Positions 39,501 through 53,099 of a stretch of DNA of 64,000 nucleotides are shown here, one piece after another. Within the stretch, counting starts at the first letter, position 1; each line of letters begins with the position of its first letter. The notes beneath the pieces were generated by a model, which was not told the DNA's origin, searched no databases, and saw only the letters and a program-made list of their open reading frames with translations. The position numbers and the translations under genes are program-made. This DNA comes from Eledone cirrhosa (lineage: Eukaryota): assembly GCA_964016885.1 (NCBI GenBank), contig OZ024752.1, positions 18,662,001 through 18,726,000 of the forward strand. The letters are read 5' to 3'.

Positions 39501-42500
39501 ATAAAAAGTGGACAGCCCACAGTGTAAAGTGGTCATGTAGGTGTTATAATAAAAAGTGGACAGCCCACACTGTAAAGTAGTCATGTAGGTGTTATAATAA
39601 AAAGTGGACAGCCCACACTGTAAAGTAGTCATGTAGGTGTTATAGTAAAAAGTGGACAGCCCACACAGTAAAGTGGTCATGTAGGTGTTATAATAAAAAG
39701 TGGACAGCCCACACTGTAAAGTGGTCATGTAGGTGTTATAATAAAAAGTGGACAGCCCACACTGTAAAGTGGTTGTGTAGGTGTTATAATAAAATGTGGA
39801 CAGCCCACACTGTAAAGTAGTCATGTAGGTGTTATAATAAAAAGTGGACAGTCCACACTGTAAAGTGGTCATGTAGGTGTTATAATAAAAAGTGGACAGC
39901 CCACACTGTAAAGTAGTCATGTAGGTGTTATAATAAAAAGTGGACAGCCCACATTGTAAAGTGGTTGTGTAGGTGTAATAATAAAATGTGGACAGCCCAC
40001 ACTGTAAAGTAGTCATGTAGGTGTTATAATAAAAAGTGGACAGCCCACACTGTAAAGTAGTCATGTAGGTGTTATAATAAAAAGTGGACAGCCCACATTG
40101 TAAAGTGGTTGTGTAGGTGTCATAATAAAATGTGGACAGCCCACACTGTAAAGTAGTCATGTAGGTGTTATAATAAAAAGTGGACAGCCCACACTGTAAA
40201 GTAGTCATGTAGGTGTTATAATAAAAAGTGGACAGCCCACACTGTAAAGTAGTCATGTAGGTGTTATAATAAAAAGTGGACAGCCCACACAGTAAAGTAG
40301 TCATGTAGGTGTTATAATAAAAAGTGGACAGCCCACACAGTAAAGTTGTCATGTAGGTGTTATAATATAAAGTGGACAGTCCACACTGTAAAGTGGTCAT
40401 GTAGGTGTTATAATAAAAAGTGGACAGCCCACACAGTGAAGTGGTTGTGTAGGTGTTATAATAAAAAGTGGACAGCCCACACAGTAAAGTAGTCATGTAG
40501 GTGTTATAATAAAAAGTGGATAGCCCACACTGTAAAGTGGTCATGTAGGTGTTATAATAAAAAGTGGACAGTGCACACTGTAAAGTAGTCATGTAGGTGT
40601 TATAATAAAAAGTGGACAGCCCACACAGTAAAGTAGTCATGTAGGTGTTATAATAAAAAGTGGACAGCCCACACTGTAAAGTAGTCATGTAGGTGTTATA
40701 ATAAAAAGTGGATAGCCCACACTGTAAAGTGGTCATGTAGGTGTTATAATAAAAAGCCGACAGCCCACACTGTAAAGTGGTTGTGTAGGTGTTATAATAA
40801 AAAGTGGACAGCCCACACTGTAAAGTGGTCATGTAGGTGTTATAATAAAAAGTGTACAGTCCACACTGTAAAGTAGTCATGTAGGTGTTATAATAAAAAG
40901 TGGACAGCCCACACTGTAAAGTGGTTGTGTAGGTGTTATAATAGAAAGTGGACAGCCCACACTGTAAAGTGGTCATGTAGGTGTTATAATAAAAAGTGTA
41001 CAGTCCACACTGTAAAGTAGTCATGTAGGTGTTATAATAAAAAGTGGACAGCCCACACTGTAAAGTAGTCATGTAGGTGTTATAATAAAAAGTGGACAGC
41101 CCACACTGTAAAGTGGTTGTGTAGGTGTTATAATAAAAAGTGGACAGCCCACACTGTAAAGTGGTCATGTAGGTGTTATAATAAAAAGTGTACACTCCAC
41201 ACTGTAAAGTGGTCATGTAGGTGTTATAATAAAAAGTGGACAGCCCACACTGTAAAGTAGTCATGTAGGTGTTATAATAAAAAGTGGACAGTCCACACTG
41301 TAAAGTAGTCATGTAGGTGTTATAATAAAAAGTGGACAGCCCACACTGTAAAGTAGTCATGTAGGTGTTATAATAAAAAGTGGACAGTCCACACTGTAAA
41401 GTGGTTATGTAGGTGTTATAATAAAAAGTGGACAGTCCACACTGTAAAAGAGTCATGTAGGTGTTATAATAAAAAGTGGATAGCCCATACTGTAAAGTGG
41501 TCATGTAGGTGTTATAATAAAAAGTGGACAGCCCACACTGTAAAGTGGTTGTGTAGGTGTTATAATAAAAAGTGGACAGACCACACTGTAAAGTGGTTGT
41601 GTAGGTGTTATAATAAAAAGTGGACAGCCCACATAGTAAAGTAGTCATGTAGGTGTTATAATAAAAAGTGGACAGCCCACAATGTAAAGTGGTTGTGTAG
41701 GTGTTATAATAAAAAGTGGACAGCCCACACTGTAAAGTGGTTGTGTAGGTGTTATAATAAAAAGTGGACAGCCCACACTGTAAAGTGCTTGTGTAGGTGT
41801 TATAATAAAAAGTGGGCAGCCCACACTGTAAAGTGGTTGTGTAGGTGTTATAATAAAAAGTGGACAGACCACACTGTAAAGTGGTTGTGTAGGTGTTATA
41901 ATAAAAAGTGGACAGCCCACACAGTAAAGTAGTCATGTAGGTGTTATAATAAAAAGTGGACAGCCCACAGTGTAAAGTGGTCATGTAGGTGTTATAATAA
42001 AAAGTGGACAGCCCACACTGTAAAGTAGTCATGTAGGTGTTATAATAAAAAGTGGACAGCCCACACTGTAAAGTAGTCATGTAGGTGTTATAGTAAAAAG
42101 TGGACAGCCCACACAGTAAAGTGGTCATGTAGGTGTTATAATAAAAAGTGGACAGCCCACACAGTAAAGTAGTCATGTAGGTGTTATAATAAAAAGTGGA
42201 AAGCCCACACTGTAAAGTGGTTGTGTAGGTGTTATAATAAAAAGTGGACAGACCACACTGTAAAGTGGTTGTGTAGGTGTTATAATAAAAAGTGGACAGC
42301 CCACATAGTAAAGTAGTCATGTAGGTGTTATAATAAAAAGTGGACAGCCCACACTGTAAAGTGGTTGTGTAGGTGTTATAATAAAAAGTGTACAGCCCAC
42401 ACTGTAAAGTGGTTGTGTAGGTGTTATAATAAAAAGTGGACAGCCCACACTGTAAAGTGGTCATGTAGGTGTTATAATAAAAAGTGTACAGTCCACACTG

Positions 42501-45500
42501 TAAAGTAGTCATGTAGGTGTTATAATAAAAAGTGGACAGCCCACACTGTAAAGTGGTTGTGTAGTTGTTATAATAAAAAGTGGACAGCCCACACTGTAAA
42601 GTGGTCATGTAGGTGTTATAATAAAAAGTGTACAGTCCACACTGTAAAGTAGTCATGTAGGTGTTATAATAAAAAGTGGACAGCCCACACTGTAAAGTAG
42701 TCATGTAGGTGTTATAATAAAAAGTGGACAGCCCACACTGTAAAGTGGTTGTGTAGGTGTTATAATAAAAAGTGGACAGCCCACACTGTAAAGTGGTCAT
42801 GTAGGTGTTATAATAAAAAGTGTACACTCCACACTGTAAAGTGGTCATGTAGGTGTTATAATAAAAAGTGGACAGCCCACACTGTAAAGTAGTCATGTAG
42901 GTGTTATAATAAAAAGTGGACAGTCCACACTGTAAAGTAGTCATGTAGGTGTTATAATAAAAAGTGGACAGCCCACACTGTAAAGTAGTCATGTAGGTGT
43001 TATAATAAAAAGTGGACAGTCCACACTGTAAAGTGGTTATGTAGGTGTTATAATAAAAAGTGGACAGTCCACACTGTAAAATAGTCATGTAGGTGTTATA
43101 ATAAAAAGTGGATAGCCCATACTGTAAAGTGGTCATGTAGGTGTTATAATAAAAAGTGGACAGCCCACACTGTAAAGTGGTTGTGTAGGTGTTATAATAA
43201 AAAGTGGACAGACCACACTGTAAAGTGGTTGTGTAGGTGTTATAATAAAAAGTGGACAGCCCACATAGTAAAGTAGTCATGTAGGTGTTATAATAAAAAG
43301 TGGACAGCCCACACTGTAAAGTGGTTGTGTAGGTGTTATAATAAAAAGTGGACAGCCCACACTGTAAAGTGGTTGTGTAGGTGTTATAATAAAAAGTGGA
43401 CAGCCCACACTGTAAAGTGCTTGTGTAGGTGTTATAATAAAAAGTGGACGGCCCACACTGTAAAGTGGTTGTGTAGGTGTTATAATAAAAAGTGGACAGC
43501 CCACACTGTAAAGTGGTCATGTAGGTGTTATAATAAAAAGTGTACACTCCACACTGTAAAGTGGTCATGTAGGTGTTATAATAAAAAGTGGACAGCCCAC
43601 ACTGTAAAGTAGTCATGTAGGTGTTATAATAAAAAGTGGACAGTCCACACTGTAAAGTAGTCATGTAGGTGTTATAATAAAAAGTGGACAGCCCACACTG
43701 TAAAGTAGTCATGTAGGTGTTATAATAAAAAGTGGACAGTCCACACTGTAAAGTGGTTATGTAGGTGTTATAATAAAAAGTGGACAGTCCACACTGTAAA
43801 ATAGTCATGTAGGTGTTATAATAAAAAGTGGATAGCCCATACTGTAAAGTGATCATGTAGGTGTTATAATAAAAAGTGGACAGCCCACACTGTAAAGTGG
43901 TTGTGTAGGTGTTATAATAAAAAGTGGACAGACCACACTGTAAAGTGGTTGTGTAGGTGTTATAATAAAAAGTGGACAGCCCACATAGTAAAGTAGTCAT
44001 GTAGGTGTTATAATAAAAAGTGGACAGCCCACACTGTAAAGTGGTTGTGTAGGTGTTATAATAAAAAGTGGACAGCCCACACTGTAAAGTGGTTGTGTAG
44101 GTGTTATAATAAAAAGTGGACAGCCCACACTGTAAAGTGCTTGTGTAGGTGTTATAATAAAAAGTGGACAGCCCACACTGTAAAGTGGTTGTGTAGGTGT
44201 TATAATAAAAAGTGGACAGACCACACTGTAAAGTGGTTGTGTAGGTGTTATAATAAAAAGTGGACAGCCCACACAGTAAAGTAGTCATGTAGGTGTTATA
44301 ATAAAAAGTGGACAGCCCACAGTGTAAAGTGGTCATGTAGGTGTTATAATAAAAAGTGGACAGCCCACACTGTAAAGTAGTCATGTAGGTGTTATAATAA
44401 AAAGTGGACAGCCCACACTGTAAAGTAGTCATGTAGGTGTTATAGTAAAAAGTGGACAGCCCACACAGTAAAGTGGTCATGTAGGTGTTATAATAAAAAG
44501 TGGACAGCCCACACAGTAAAGTAGTCATGTAGGTGTTATAATAAAAAGTGGACAGCCCACACTGTAAAGTGGTTGTGTAGGTGTTATAATAAAAAGTGGA
44601 CAGACCACACTGTAAAGTGGTTGTGTAGGTGTTATAATAAAAAGTGGACAGCCCACATAGTAAAGTAGTCATGTAGGTGTTATAATAAAAAGTGGACAGC
44701 CCACACTGTAAAGTGGTTGTGTAGGTGTTATAATAAAAAGTGGACAGCCCACACTGTAAAGTGGTTGTGTAGGTGTTATAATAAAAAGTGGACAGCCCAC
44801 ACTGTAAAGTGGTCATGTAGGTGTTATAATAAAAAGTGTACAGTCCACACTGTAAAGTAGTCATGTAGGTGTTATAATAAAAAGTGGACAGCCCACACTG
44901 TAAAATGGTTGTGTAGGTGTTATAATAAAAAGTGGACAGCCCACACTGTAAAGTGGTCATGTAGGTGTTATAATAAAAAGTGTACAGTCCACACTGTAAA
45001 GTAGTCATGTAGGTGTTATAATAAAAAGTGGACAGCCCACACTGTAAAGTAGTCATGTAGGTGTTATAATAAAAAGTGGACAGCCCACACTGTAAAGTGG
45101 TTGTGTAGGTGTTATAATAAAAAGTGGACAGCCCACACTGTAAAGTGGTCATGTAGGTGTTATAATAAAAAGTGTACACTCCACACTGTAAAGTGGTCAT
45201 GTAGGTGTTATAATAAAAAGTGGACAGCCCACACTGTAAAGTAGTCATGTAGGTGTTATAATAAAAAGTGGACAGTCCACACTGTAAAGTAGTCATGTAG
45301 GTGTTATAATAAAAAGTGGACAGCCCACACTGTAAAGTAGTCATGTAGGTGTTATAATAAAAAGTGGACAGTCCACACTGTAAAGTGGTTATGTAGGTGT
45401 TATAATAAAAAGTGGACAGTCCACACTGTAAAATAGTCATGTAGGTGTTATAATAAAAAGTGGATAGCCCATACTGTAAAGTGGTCATGTAGGTGTTATA

Positions 45501-47345
45501 ATAAAAAGTGGACAGCCCACACTGTAAAGTGGTTGTGTAGGTGTTATAATAAAAAGTGGACAGACCACACTGTAAAGTGGTTGTGTAGGTGTTATAATAA
45601 AAAGTGGACAGCCCACATAGTAAAGTAGCCATGTAGGTGTTATAATAAAAAGTGGACAGCCCACACTGTAAAGTGGTTGTGTAGGTGTTATAATAAAAAG
45701 TGGACAGCCCACACTGTAAAGTGGTTGTGTAGGTGTTATAATAAAAAGTGAACAGCCCACACTGTAAAGTGCTTGTGTAGGTGTTATAATAAAAAGTGGA
45801 CAGCCCACACTGTAAAGTGGTTGTGTAGGTGTTATAATAAAAAGTGGACAGACCACACTGTAAAGTGGTTGTGTAGGTGTTATAATAAAAAGTGGACAGC
45901 CCACACAGTAAAGTAGTCATGTAGGTGTTATAATAAAAAGTGGACAGCCCACAGTGTAAAGTGGTCATGTAGGTGTTATAATAAAAAGTGGACAGCCCAC
46001 ACTGTAAAGTAGTCATGTAGGTGTTATAATAAAAAGTGGACAGCCCACACTGTAAAGTAGTCATGTAGGTGTTATAGTAAAAAGTGGACAGCCCACACAG
46101 TAAAGTGGTCATGTAGGTGTTATAATAAAAAGTGGACAGCCCACACAGTAAAGTAGTCATGTAGGTGTTATAATAAAAAGTGGACAGCCCACACTGTAAA
46201 GTGGTTGTGTAGGTGTTATAATAAAAAGTGGACAGACCACACTGTAAAGTGGTTGTGTAGGTGTTATAATAAAAAGTGGACAGCCCACATAGTAAAGTAG
46301 TCATGTAGGTGTTATAATAAAAAGTGGACAGCCCACACTGTAAAGTGGTTGTGTAGGTGTTATAATAAAAAGTGGACAGCCCACACTGTAAAGTGGTTGT
46401 GTAGGTGTTATAATAAAAAGTGGACAGCCCACACTGTAAAGTGCTTGTGTAGGTGTTATAATAAAAAGTGGACAGCCCACACTGTAAAGTGGTTGTGTAG
46501 GTGTTATAATAAAAAGTGGACAGACCACACTGTAAAGTGGTTGTGTAGGTGTTATAATAAAAAGTGGACAGCCCACACAGTAAAGTAGTCATGTAGGTGT
46601 TATAATAAAAAGTGGACAGCCCACAGTGTAAAGTGGTCATGTAGGTGTTATAATAAAAAGTGGACAGCCCACACTGTAAAGTAGTCATGTAGGTGTTATA
46701 ATAAAAAGTGGACAGCCCACACTGTAAAGTAGTCATGTAGGTGTTATAGTAAAAAGTGGACAGCCCACACAGTAAAGTGGTCATGTAGGTGTTATAATAA
46801 AAAGTGGACAGCCCACACAGTAAAGTAGTCATGTAGGTGTTATAATAAAAAGTGGACAGCCCACACTTTAAAGTGGTCATGTAGGTGTTATAATAAAAAG
46901 TGGACAGCCCACACAGTAAAGTGGTCATGTATGTGTTATAATAAAAAGTGGACAGCCCACACAGTAAAGTAGTCATGTAGGTGTTATAATAAAAAGTGGA
47001 CAGCCCACACAGTAAAGTGGTTGTGTAGGTGTTATAATAAAAAGTGGACAGCCCACACAGTAAAGTAGTCATGTAGGTGTTATAATAAAAAGTGGACAGC
47101 CCACACTGTAAAGTAGTCATGTAGGTGTTATAGTAAAAAGTGGACAGCCCACACTGTAAAGTAGTCATGTAGGTGTTATAATAAAAAGTGGACAGCCCAC
47201 ACTGTAAAGTAGTCATGTAGGTGTTATAATAAAAAGTGGACAGCCCACACAGTAAAGTAGTCATGTAGGTGTTATAATAAAAAGTGGACAGCCCACAGTG
47301 TAAAGTGGTCATGTAGGTGTTATAATAAAAATGGACAGCCCACAC
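32814..47345 (-). other. Longest repeat-derived open frame (4843 codons of [M/T/I]TTL[Q/L/H]CGLSTFYYNTY); coding status unsupported
   Basis: The open frame follows from the 48-bp (16-codon) period; both ends are set by single-base deletions in the array (~32986, ~47332), with no unique N- or C-terminal domain. Confidence is for it being a translated CDS. Confidence 0.12.
37270..42160. repeat. Higher-order tandem duplication, period 2448 bp (51 monomers), 2 copies
   Basis: gtgtaataa ~37525/39973, gtcataata ~37671/40119, gccgacag 38308/40756, gtgggcag ~39364/41812; ORF pair 39197/41645. Confidence 0.93.
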
Positions 47346-50300
47346 TGTAAAGTGATCATGTAGGTGTTATAATAAAAAGTGGACAGCCCACACAGTATAG
47401 TGGTTGTGTAGGTGTTATAATAAAAAGTGGACAGCCCACACTGTAAAGTAGTCATGTAGGTGTTATAATAAAAAGTGGACAGTCCACACTGTAAAGTGGT
47501 TGTGTAGGTGTTATAATAAAAAGTGGACAGCCCACACTGTAAAGTGGTTGTGTAGGTGTTATAATAAAAAGTGGACAGCCCACACTGTAAAGTGGTTGTG
47601 TAGGTGTTATAATAAAAAGTGGACAGCCTACACTCTAAAGTAGTCATGTATGTGTTATAATAAAAAGTGGACAGCCCACACTGTAAAGTGGTCATGTAGG
47701 TGTTATAATAAAAAGTGGACAGCCCACACTGTAAAGTGGTCATGTAGGTGTTATAATAAAAAGTGGACAGCCCACACTGTAAAGTGGTCATGTAGGTGTT
47801 ATAGGAAAAAGTGGACAGCCCACACAGTAAAGAGGTTGTGTAGGTGTTATAATAAAAAGTGGACAGCCCACACTGTAAAGTAGTCATGTAGGTGTTATAA
47901 TAAAAAGTGGACAGCCCACACTGTAAAGTGGTTGTGTAGGTGTTATAATAAAAAGTGGACAGCCCACACAGTAAAGTAGTCATATAGGTGTTATAATAAA
48001 AAGTGGACAGACCACACTGTAAAGTGGTTGTGTAGGTGTTATAATAAAAAGTGGACAGCCCACATAGTAAAGTAGTCATGTAGGTGTTATAATAAAAAGT
48101 GGACAGCCCACACTGTAAAGTGGTTGTGTAGGTGTTATAATAAAAAGTGGACAGCCCACACTGTAAAGTGGTTGTGTAGGTGTTATAATAAAAAGTGGAC
48201 AGCCCACACTGTAAAGTGCTTGTGTAGGTGTTATAATAAAAAGTGGACAGCCCACACTGTAAAGTGGTGGTGTAGGTGTTATAATAAAAAGTGGACAGAC
48301 CACACTGTAAAGTGGTTGTGTAGGTGTTATAATAAAAAGTGGACAGCCCACACAGTAAAGTAGTCATGTAGGTGTTATAATAAAAAGTGGACAGCCCACA
48401 GTGTAAAGTGGTCATGTAGGTGTTATAATAAAAAGTGGACAGCCCACACTGTAAAGTAGTCATGTAGGTGTTATAATAAAAAGTGGACAGCCCACACTGT
48501 AAAGTAGTCATGTAGGTGTTATAGTAAAAAGTGGACAGCCCACACAGTAAAGTGGTCATGTAGGTGTTATAATAAAAAGTGGACAGCCCACACAGTAAAG
48601 TAGTCATGTAGGTGTTATAATAAAAAGTGGACAGCCCACACTGTAAAGTGGTTGTGTAGGTGTTATAATAAAAAGTGGACAGACCACACTGTAAAGTGGT
48701 TGTGTAGGTGTTATAATAAAAAGTGGACAGCCCACATAGTAAAGTAGTCATGTAGGTGTTATAATAAAAAGTGGACAGCCCACACTGTAAAGTGGTTGTG
48801 TAGGTGTTATAATAAAAAGTGGACAGCCCACACTGTAAAGTGGTTGTGTAGGTGTTATAATAAAAAGTGGACAGCCCACACTGTAAAGTGGTCATGTAGG
48901 TGTTATAATAAAAAGTGTACAGTCCACACTGTAAAGTAGTCATGTAGGTGTTATAATAAAAAGTGGACAGCCCACACTGTAAAGTGGTTGTGTAGGTGTT
49001 ATAATAAAAAGTGGACAGCCCACACTGTAAAGTGGTCATGTAGGTGTAATAATAAAAAGTGTACAGTCCACACTGTAAAGTAGTCATGTAGGTGTTATAA
49101 TAAAAAGTGGACAGCCCACACTGTAAAGTAGTCATGTAGGTGTTATAATAAAAAGTGGACAGCCCACACTGTAAAGTGGTTGTGTAGGTGTTATAATAAA
49201 AAGTGGACAGCCCACACTGTAAAGTGGTCATGTAGGTGTTATAATAAAAAGTGTACACTCCACACTGTAAAGTGGTCATGTAGGTGTTATAATAAAAAGT
49301 GGACAGCCCACACTGTAAAGTAGTCATGTAGGTGTTATAATAAAAAGTGGACAGTCCACACTGTAAAGTAGTCATGTAGGTGTTATAATAAAAAGTGGAC
49401 AGCCCACACTGTAAAGTAGTCATGTAGGTGTTATAATAAAAAGTGGACAGTCCACACTGTAAAGTGGTTATGTAGGTGTTATAATAAAAAGTGGACAGTC
49501 CACACTGTAAAATAGTCATGTAGGTGTTATAATAAAAAGTGGATAGCCCATACTGTAAAGTGGTCATGTAGGTGTTATAATAAAAAGTGGACAGCCCACA
49601 CTGTAAAGTGGTTGTGTAGGTGTTATAATAAAAAGTGGACAGACCACACTGTAAAGTGGTTGTGTAGGTGTTATAATAAAAAGTGGACAGCCCACATAGT
49701 AAAGTAGTCATGTAGGTGTTATAATAAAAAGTGGACAGCCCACACTGTAAAGTGGTTGTGTAGGTGTTATAATAAAAAGTGGACAGCCCACACTGTAAAG
49801 TGGTTGTGTAGGTGTTATAATAAAAAGTGGACAGCCCACACTGTAAAGTGCTTGTGTAGGTGTTATAATAAAAAGTGGACAGCCCACACTGTAAAGTGGT
49901 TGTGTAGGTGTTATAATAAAAAGTGGACAGACCACACTGTAAAGTGGTTGTGTAGGTGTTATAATAAAAAGTGGACAGCCCACACAGTAAAGTAGTCATG
50001 TAGGTGTTATAATAAAAAGTGGACAGCCCACAGTGTAAAGTGGTCATGTAGGTGTTATAATAAAAAGTGGACAGCCCACACTGTAAAGTAGTCATGTAGG
50101 TGTTATAATAAAAAGTGGACAGCCCACACTGTAAAGTAGTCATGTAGGTGTTATAGTAAAAAGTGGACAGCCCACACAGTAAAGTGGTCATGTAGGTGTT
50201 ATAATAAAAAGTGGACAGCCCACACAGTAAAGTAGTCATGTAGGTGTTATAATAAAAAGTGGACAGCCCACACTGTAAAGTGGTTGTGTAGGTGTTATAA

Positions 50301-52020
50301 TAAAAAGTGGACAGACCACACTGTAAAGTGGTTGTGTAGGTGTTATAATAAAAAGTGGACAGCCCACATAGTAAAGTAGTCATGTAGGTGTTATAATAAA
50401 AAGTGGACAGCCCACACTGTAAAGTGGTTGTGTAGGTGTTATAATAAAAAGTGGACAGCCCACACTGTAAAGTGGTTGTGTAGGTGTTATAATAAAAAGT
50501 GGACAGCCCACACTGTAAAGTGCTTTTGTAGGTGTTATAATAAAAAGTGGACAGCCCACACTGTAAAGTGGTTGTGTAGGTGTTATAATAAAAAGTGGAC
50601 AGACCACACTGTAAAGTGGTTGTGTAGGTGTTATAATAAAAAGTGGACAGCCCACACAGTAAAGTAGTCATGTAGGTGTTATAATAAAAAGTGGACAGCC
50701 CACAGTGTAAAGTGGTCATGTAGGTGTTATAATAAAAAGTGGACAGCCCACACTGTAAAGTAGTCATGTAGGTGTTATAATAAAAAGTGGACAGCCCACA
50801 CTGTAAAGTAGTCATGTAGGTGTTATAGTAAAAAGTGGACAGCCCACACAGTAAAGTGGTCATGTAGGTGTTATAATAAAAAGTGGACAGCCCACACAGT
50901 AAAGTAGTCATGTAGGTGTTATAATAAAAAGTGCACAGCCCACACTGTAAAGTGGTCATGTAGGTGTTATAATAAAAAGTGGACAGCCCACACAGTAAAG
51001 TGGTCATGTATGTGTTATAATAAAAAGTGGACAGCCCACACAGTAAAGTAGTCATGTAGGTGTTATAATAAAAAGTGGACAGCCCACACAGTAAAGTGGT
51101 TGTGTAGGTGTTATAATAAAAAGTGGACAGCCCACACAGTAAAGTAGTCATGTAGGTGTTATAATAAAAAGTGGACAGCCCACACTGTAAAGTAGTCATG
51201 TAGGTGTTATAGTAAAAAGTGGACAGCCCACACTGTAAAGTAGTCATGTAGGTGTTATAATAAAAAGTGGACAGCCCACACAGTAAAGTAGTCATGTAGG
51301 TGTTATAATAAAAAGTGGACAGCCCACAGTGTAAAGTGGTCATGTAGGTGTTATAATAAAAATGGACAGCCCACACTGTAAAGTGATCATGTAGGTGTTA
51401 TAATAAAAAGTGGACAGCCCACACAGTAAAGTGGTTGTGTAGGTGTTATAATAAAAAGTGGACAGCCCACACTGTAAAGTAGTCATGTAGGTGTTATAAT
51501 AAAAAGTGGACAGTCCACACTGTAAAGTGGTTGTGTAGGTGTTATAATAAAAAGTGGACAGCCCACACTGTAAAGTGGTTGTGTAGGTGTTATAATAAAA
51601 AGTGGACAGCCCACACTGTAAAGTGGTTGTGTAGGTGTTATAATAAAAAGTGGACAGCCTACACTCTAAAGTAGTCATGTATGTGTTATAATAAAAAGTG
51701 GACAGCCCACACTGTAAAGTGGCCATGTAGGTGTTATAATAAAAAGTGGACAGCCCACACTGTAAAGTGGTCATGTAGGTGTTATAATAAAAAGTGGACA
51801 GCCCACACTGTAAAGTGGTCATGTAGGTGTTATAGGAAAAAGTGGACAGCCCACACAGTAAAGTGGTTGTGTAGGTGTTATAATAAAAAGTGGACAGCCC
51901 ACACTGTAAAGTAGTCATGTAGGTGTTATAATAAAAAGTGGACAGCCCACACTGTAAAGTGGTTGTGTAGGTGTTATAATAAAAAGTGGACAGCCCACAC
52001 AGTAAAGTAGTCATATAGGT
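42160..52020. repeat. Nested higher-order repeats: 672 bp (14-mer), 720 bp (15-mer), 1632 bp (34-mer) and ~4031-4079 bp (84-85-mer minus 1 nt)
   Basis: ORF-track offsets 43277/43997 (720), 48076/49708 (1632), 49708/50380 (672), 46301/50380 (4079), 47309/51340 and 47650/51681 (4031); diagnostic variants gacagacc, cacatagt, gtgtacactcc. Confidence 0.87.
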
Positions 52021-53099
52021 GTTATAATAAAAAGTGGACAGCCCACAGTGTAAAGTGGTCATGTAGGTGTTATAATAAAAAGTGGACAGCCCACACTGTA
52101 AAGTAGTCATGTAGGTGTTATAATAAAAAGTGGACAGCCCACACTGTAAAGTAGTCATGTAGGTGTTATAGTAAAAAGTGGACAGCCCACACAGTAAAGT
52201 GGTCATGTAGGTGTTATAATAAAAAGTGGACAGCCCACACAGTAAAGTAGTCATGTAGGTGTTATAATAAAAAGTGGACAGCCCACACTGTAAAGTGGTC
52301 ATGTAGGTGTTATAATAAAAAGTGGACAGCCCACACAGTAAAGTGGTCATGTAGGTGTTATAATAAAAAGTGGACAGCCCACACAGTAAAGTAGTCATGT
52401 AGGTGTTATAATAAAAAGTGGACAGCCCACACAGTAAAGTTGTTGTGTAGGTGTTATAATAAAAAGTGGACAGCCCACACAGTAAAGTAGTCATGTAGGT
52501 GTTATAATAAAAAGTGGACAGCCCACACTGTAACGTAGTCATGTAGGTGTTATAGTAAAAAGTGGACAGCCCACACTGTAAAGTAGTCATGTAGGTGTTA
52601 TAATAAAAAGTGGACAGCCCACACTGTAAAGTAGTCATGTAGGTGTTATAATAAAAAGTGGACAGCCCACACAGTAAAGTAGTCATGTAGGTGTTATAAT
52701 AAAAAGTGGATAGCCCACACAGTAAAGAAGTCATGTAGGTGTTATAATAACAAGTGGACAGCCCACACTGTAAAGTAGTCATGTAGGTGTTATAATAAAA
52801 AGTGGATAGCCCACACTGTAAAGTGGTTGTGTAGGTGTTATAATAAAAAGTGGACAGCCCACACTGTAAAGTGGTTGTGTAGGTGTTATAATAAAAAGTG
52901 GACAGCCCACACTGTAAAGTGGTCATGTAGGTGTTATAATAAAAAGTGGACAGCCCACACTGTAAAGTAGTCATGTAGGTGTTATAATAAAAAGTGGACA
53001 GCCCACACTGTAAAGTGGTTGTGTAGGTGTTATAATAAAAAGTGGACAGCCCACACAGTAAAGTAGTCATGTAGGTGTTATAATAAAAAGTGGACAGCC

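Noticed and set aside
32814-47345. Ice-nucleation protein or antifreeze beta-solenoid, suggested by a Thr-rich 16-aa period
   Set aside because: InaZ-type repeats are AGYGSTxTA-based and insect antifreeze repeats are TCT-based; neither motif is present, only the period matches.
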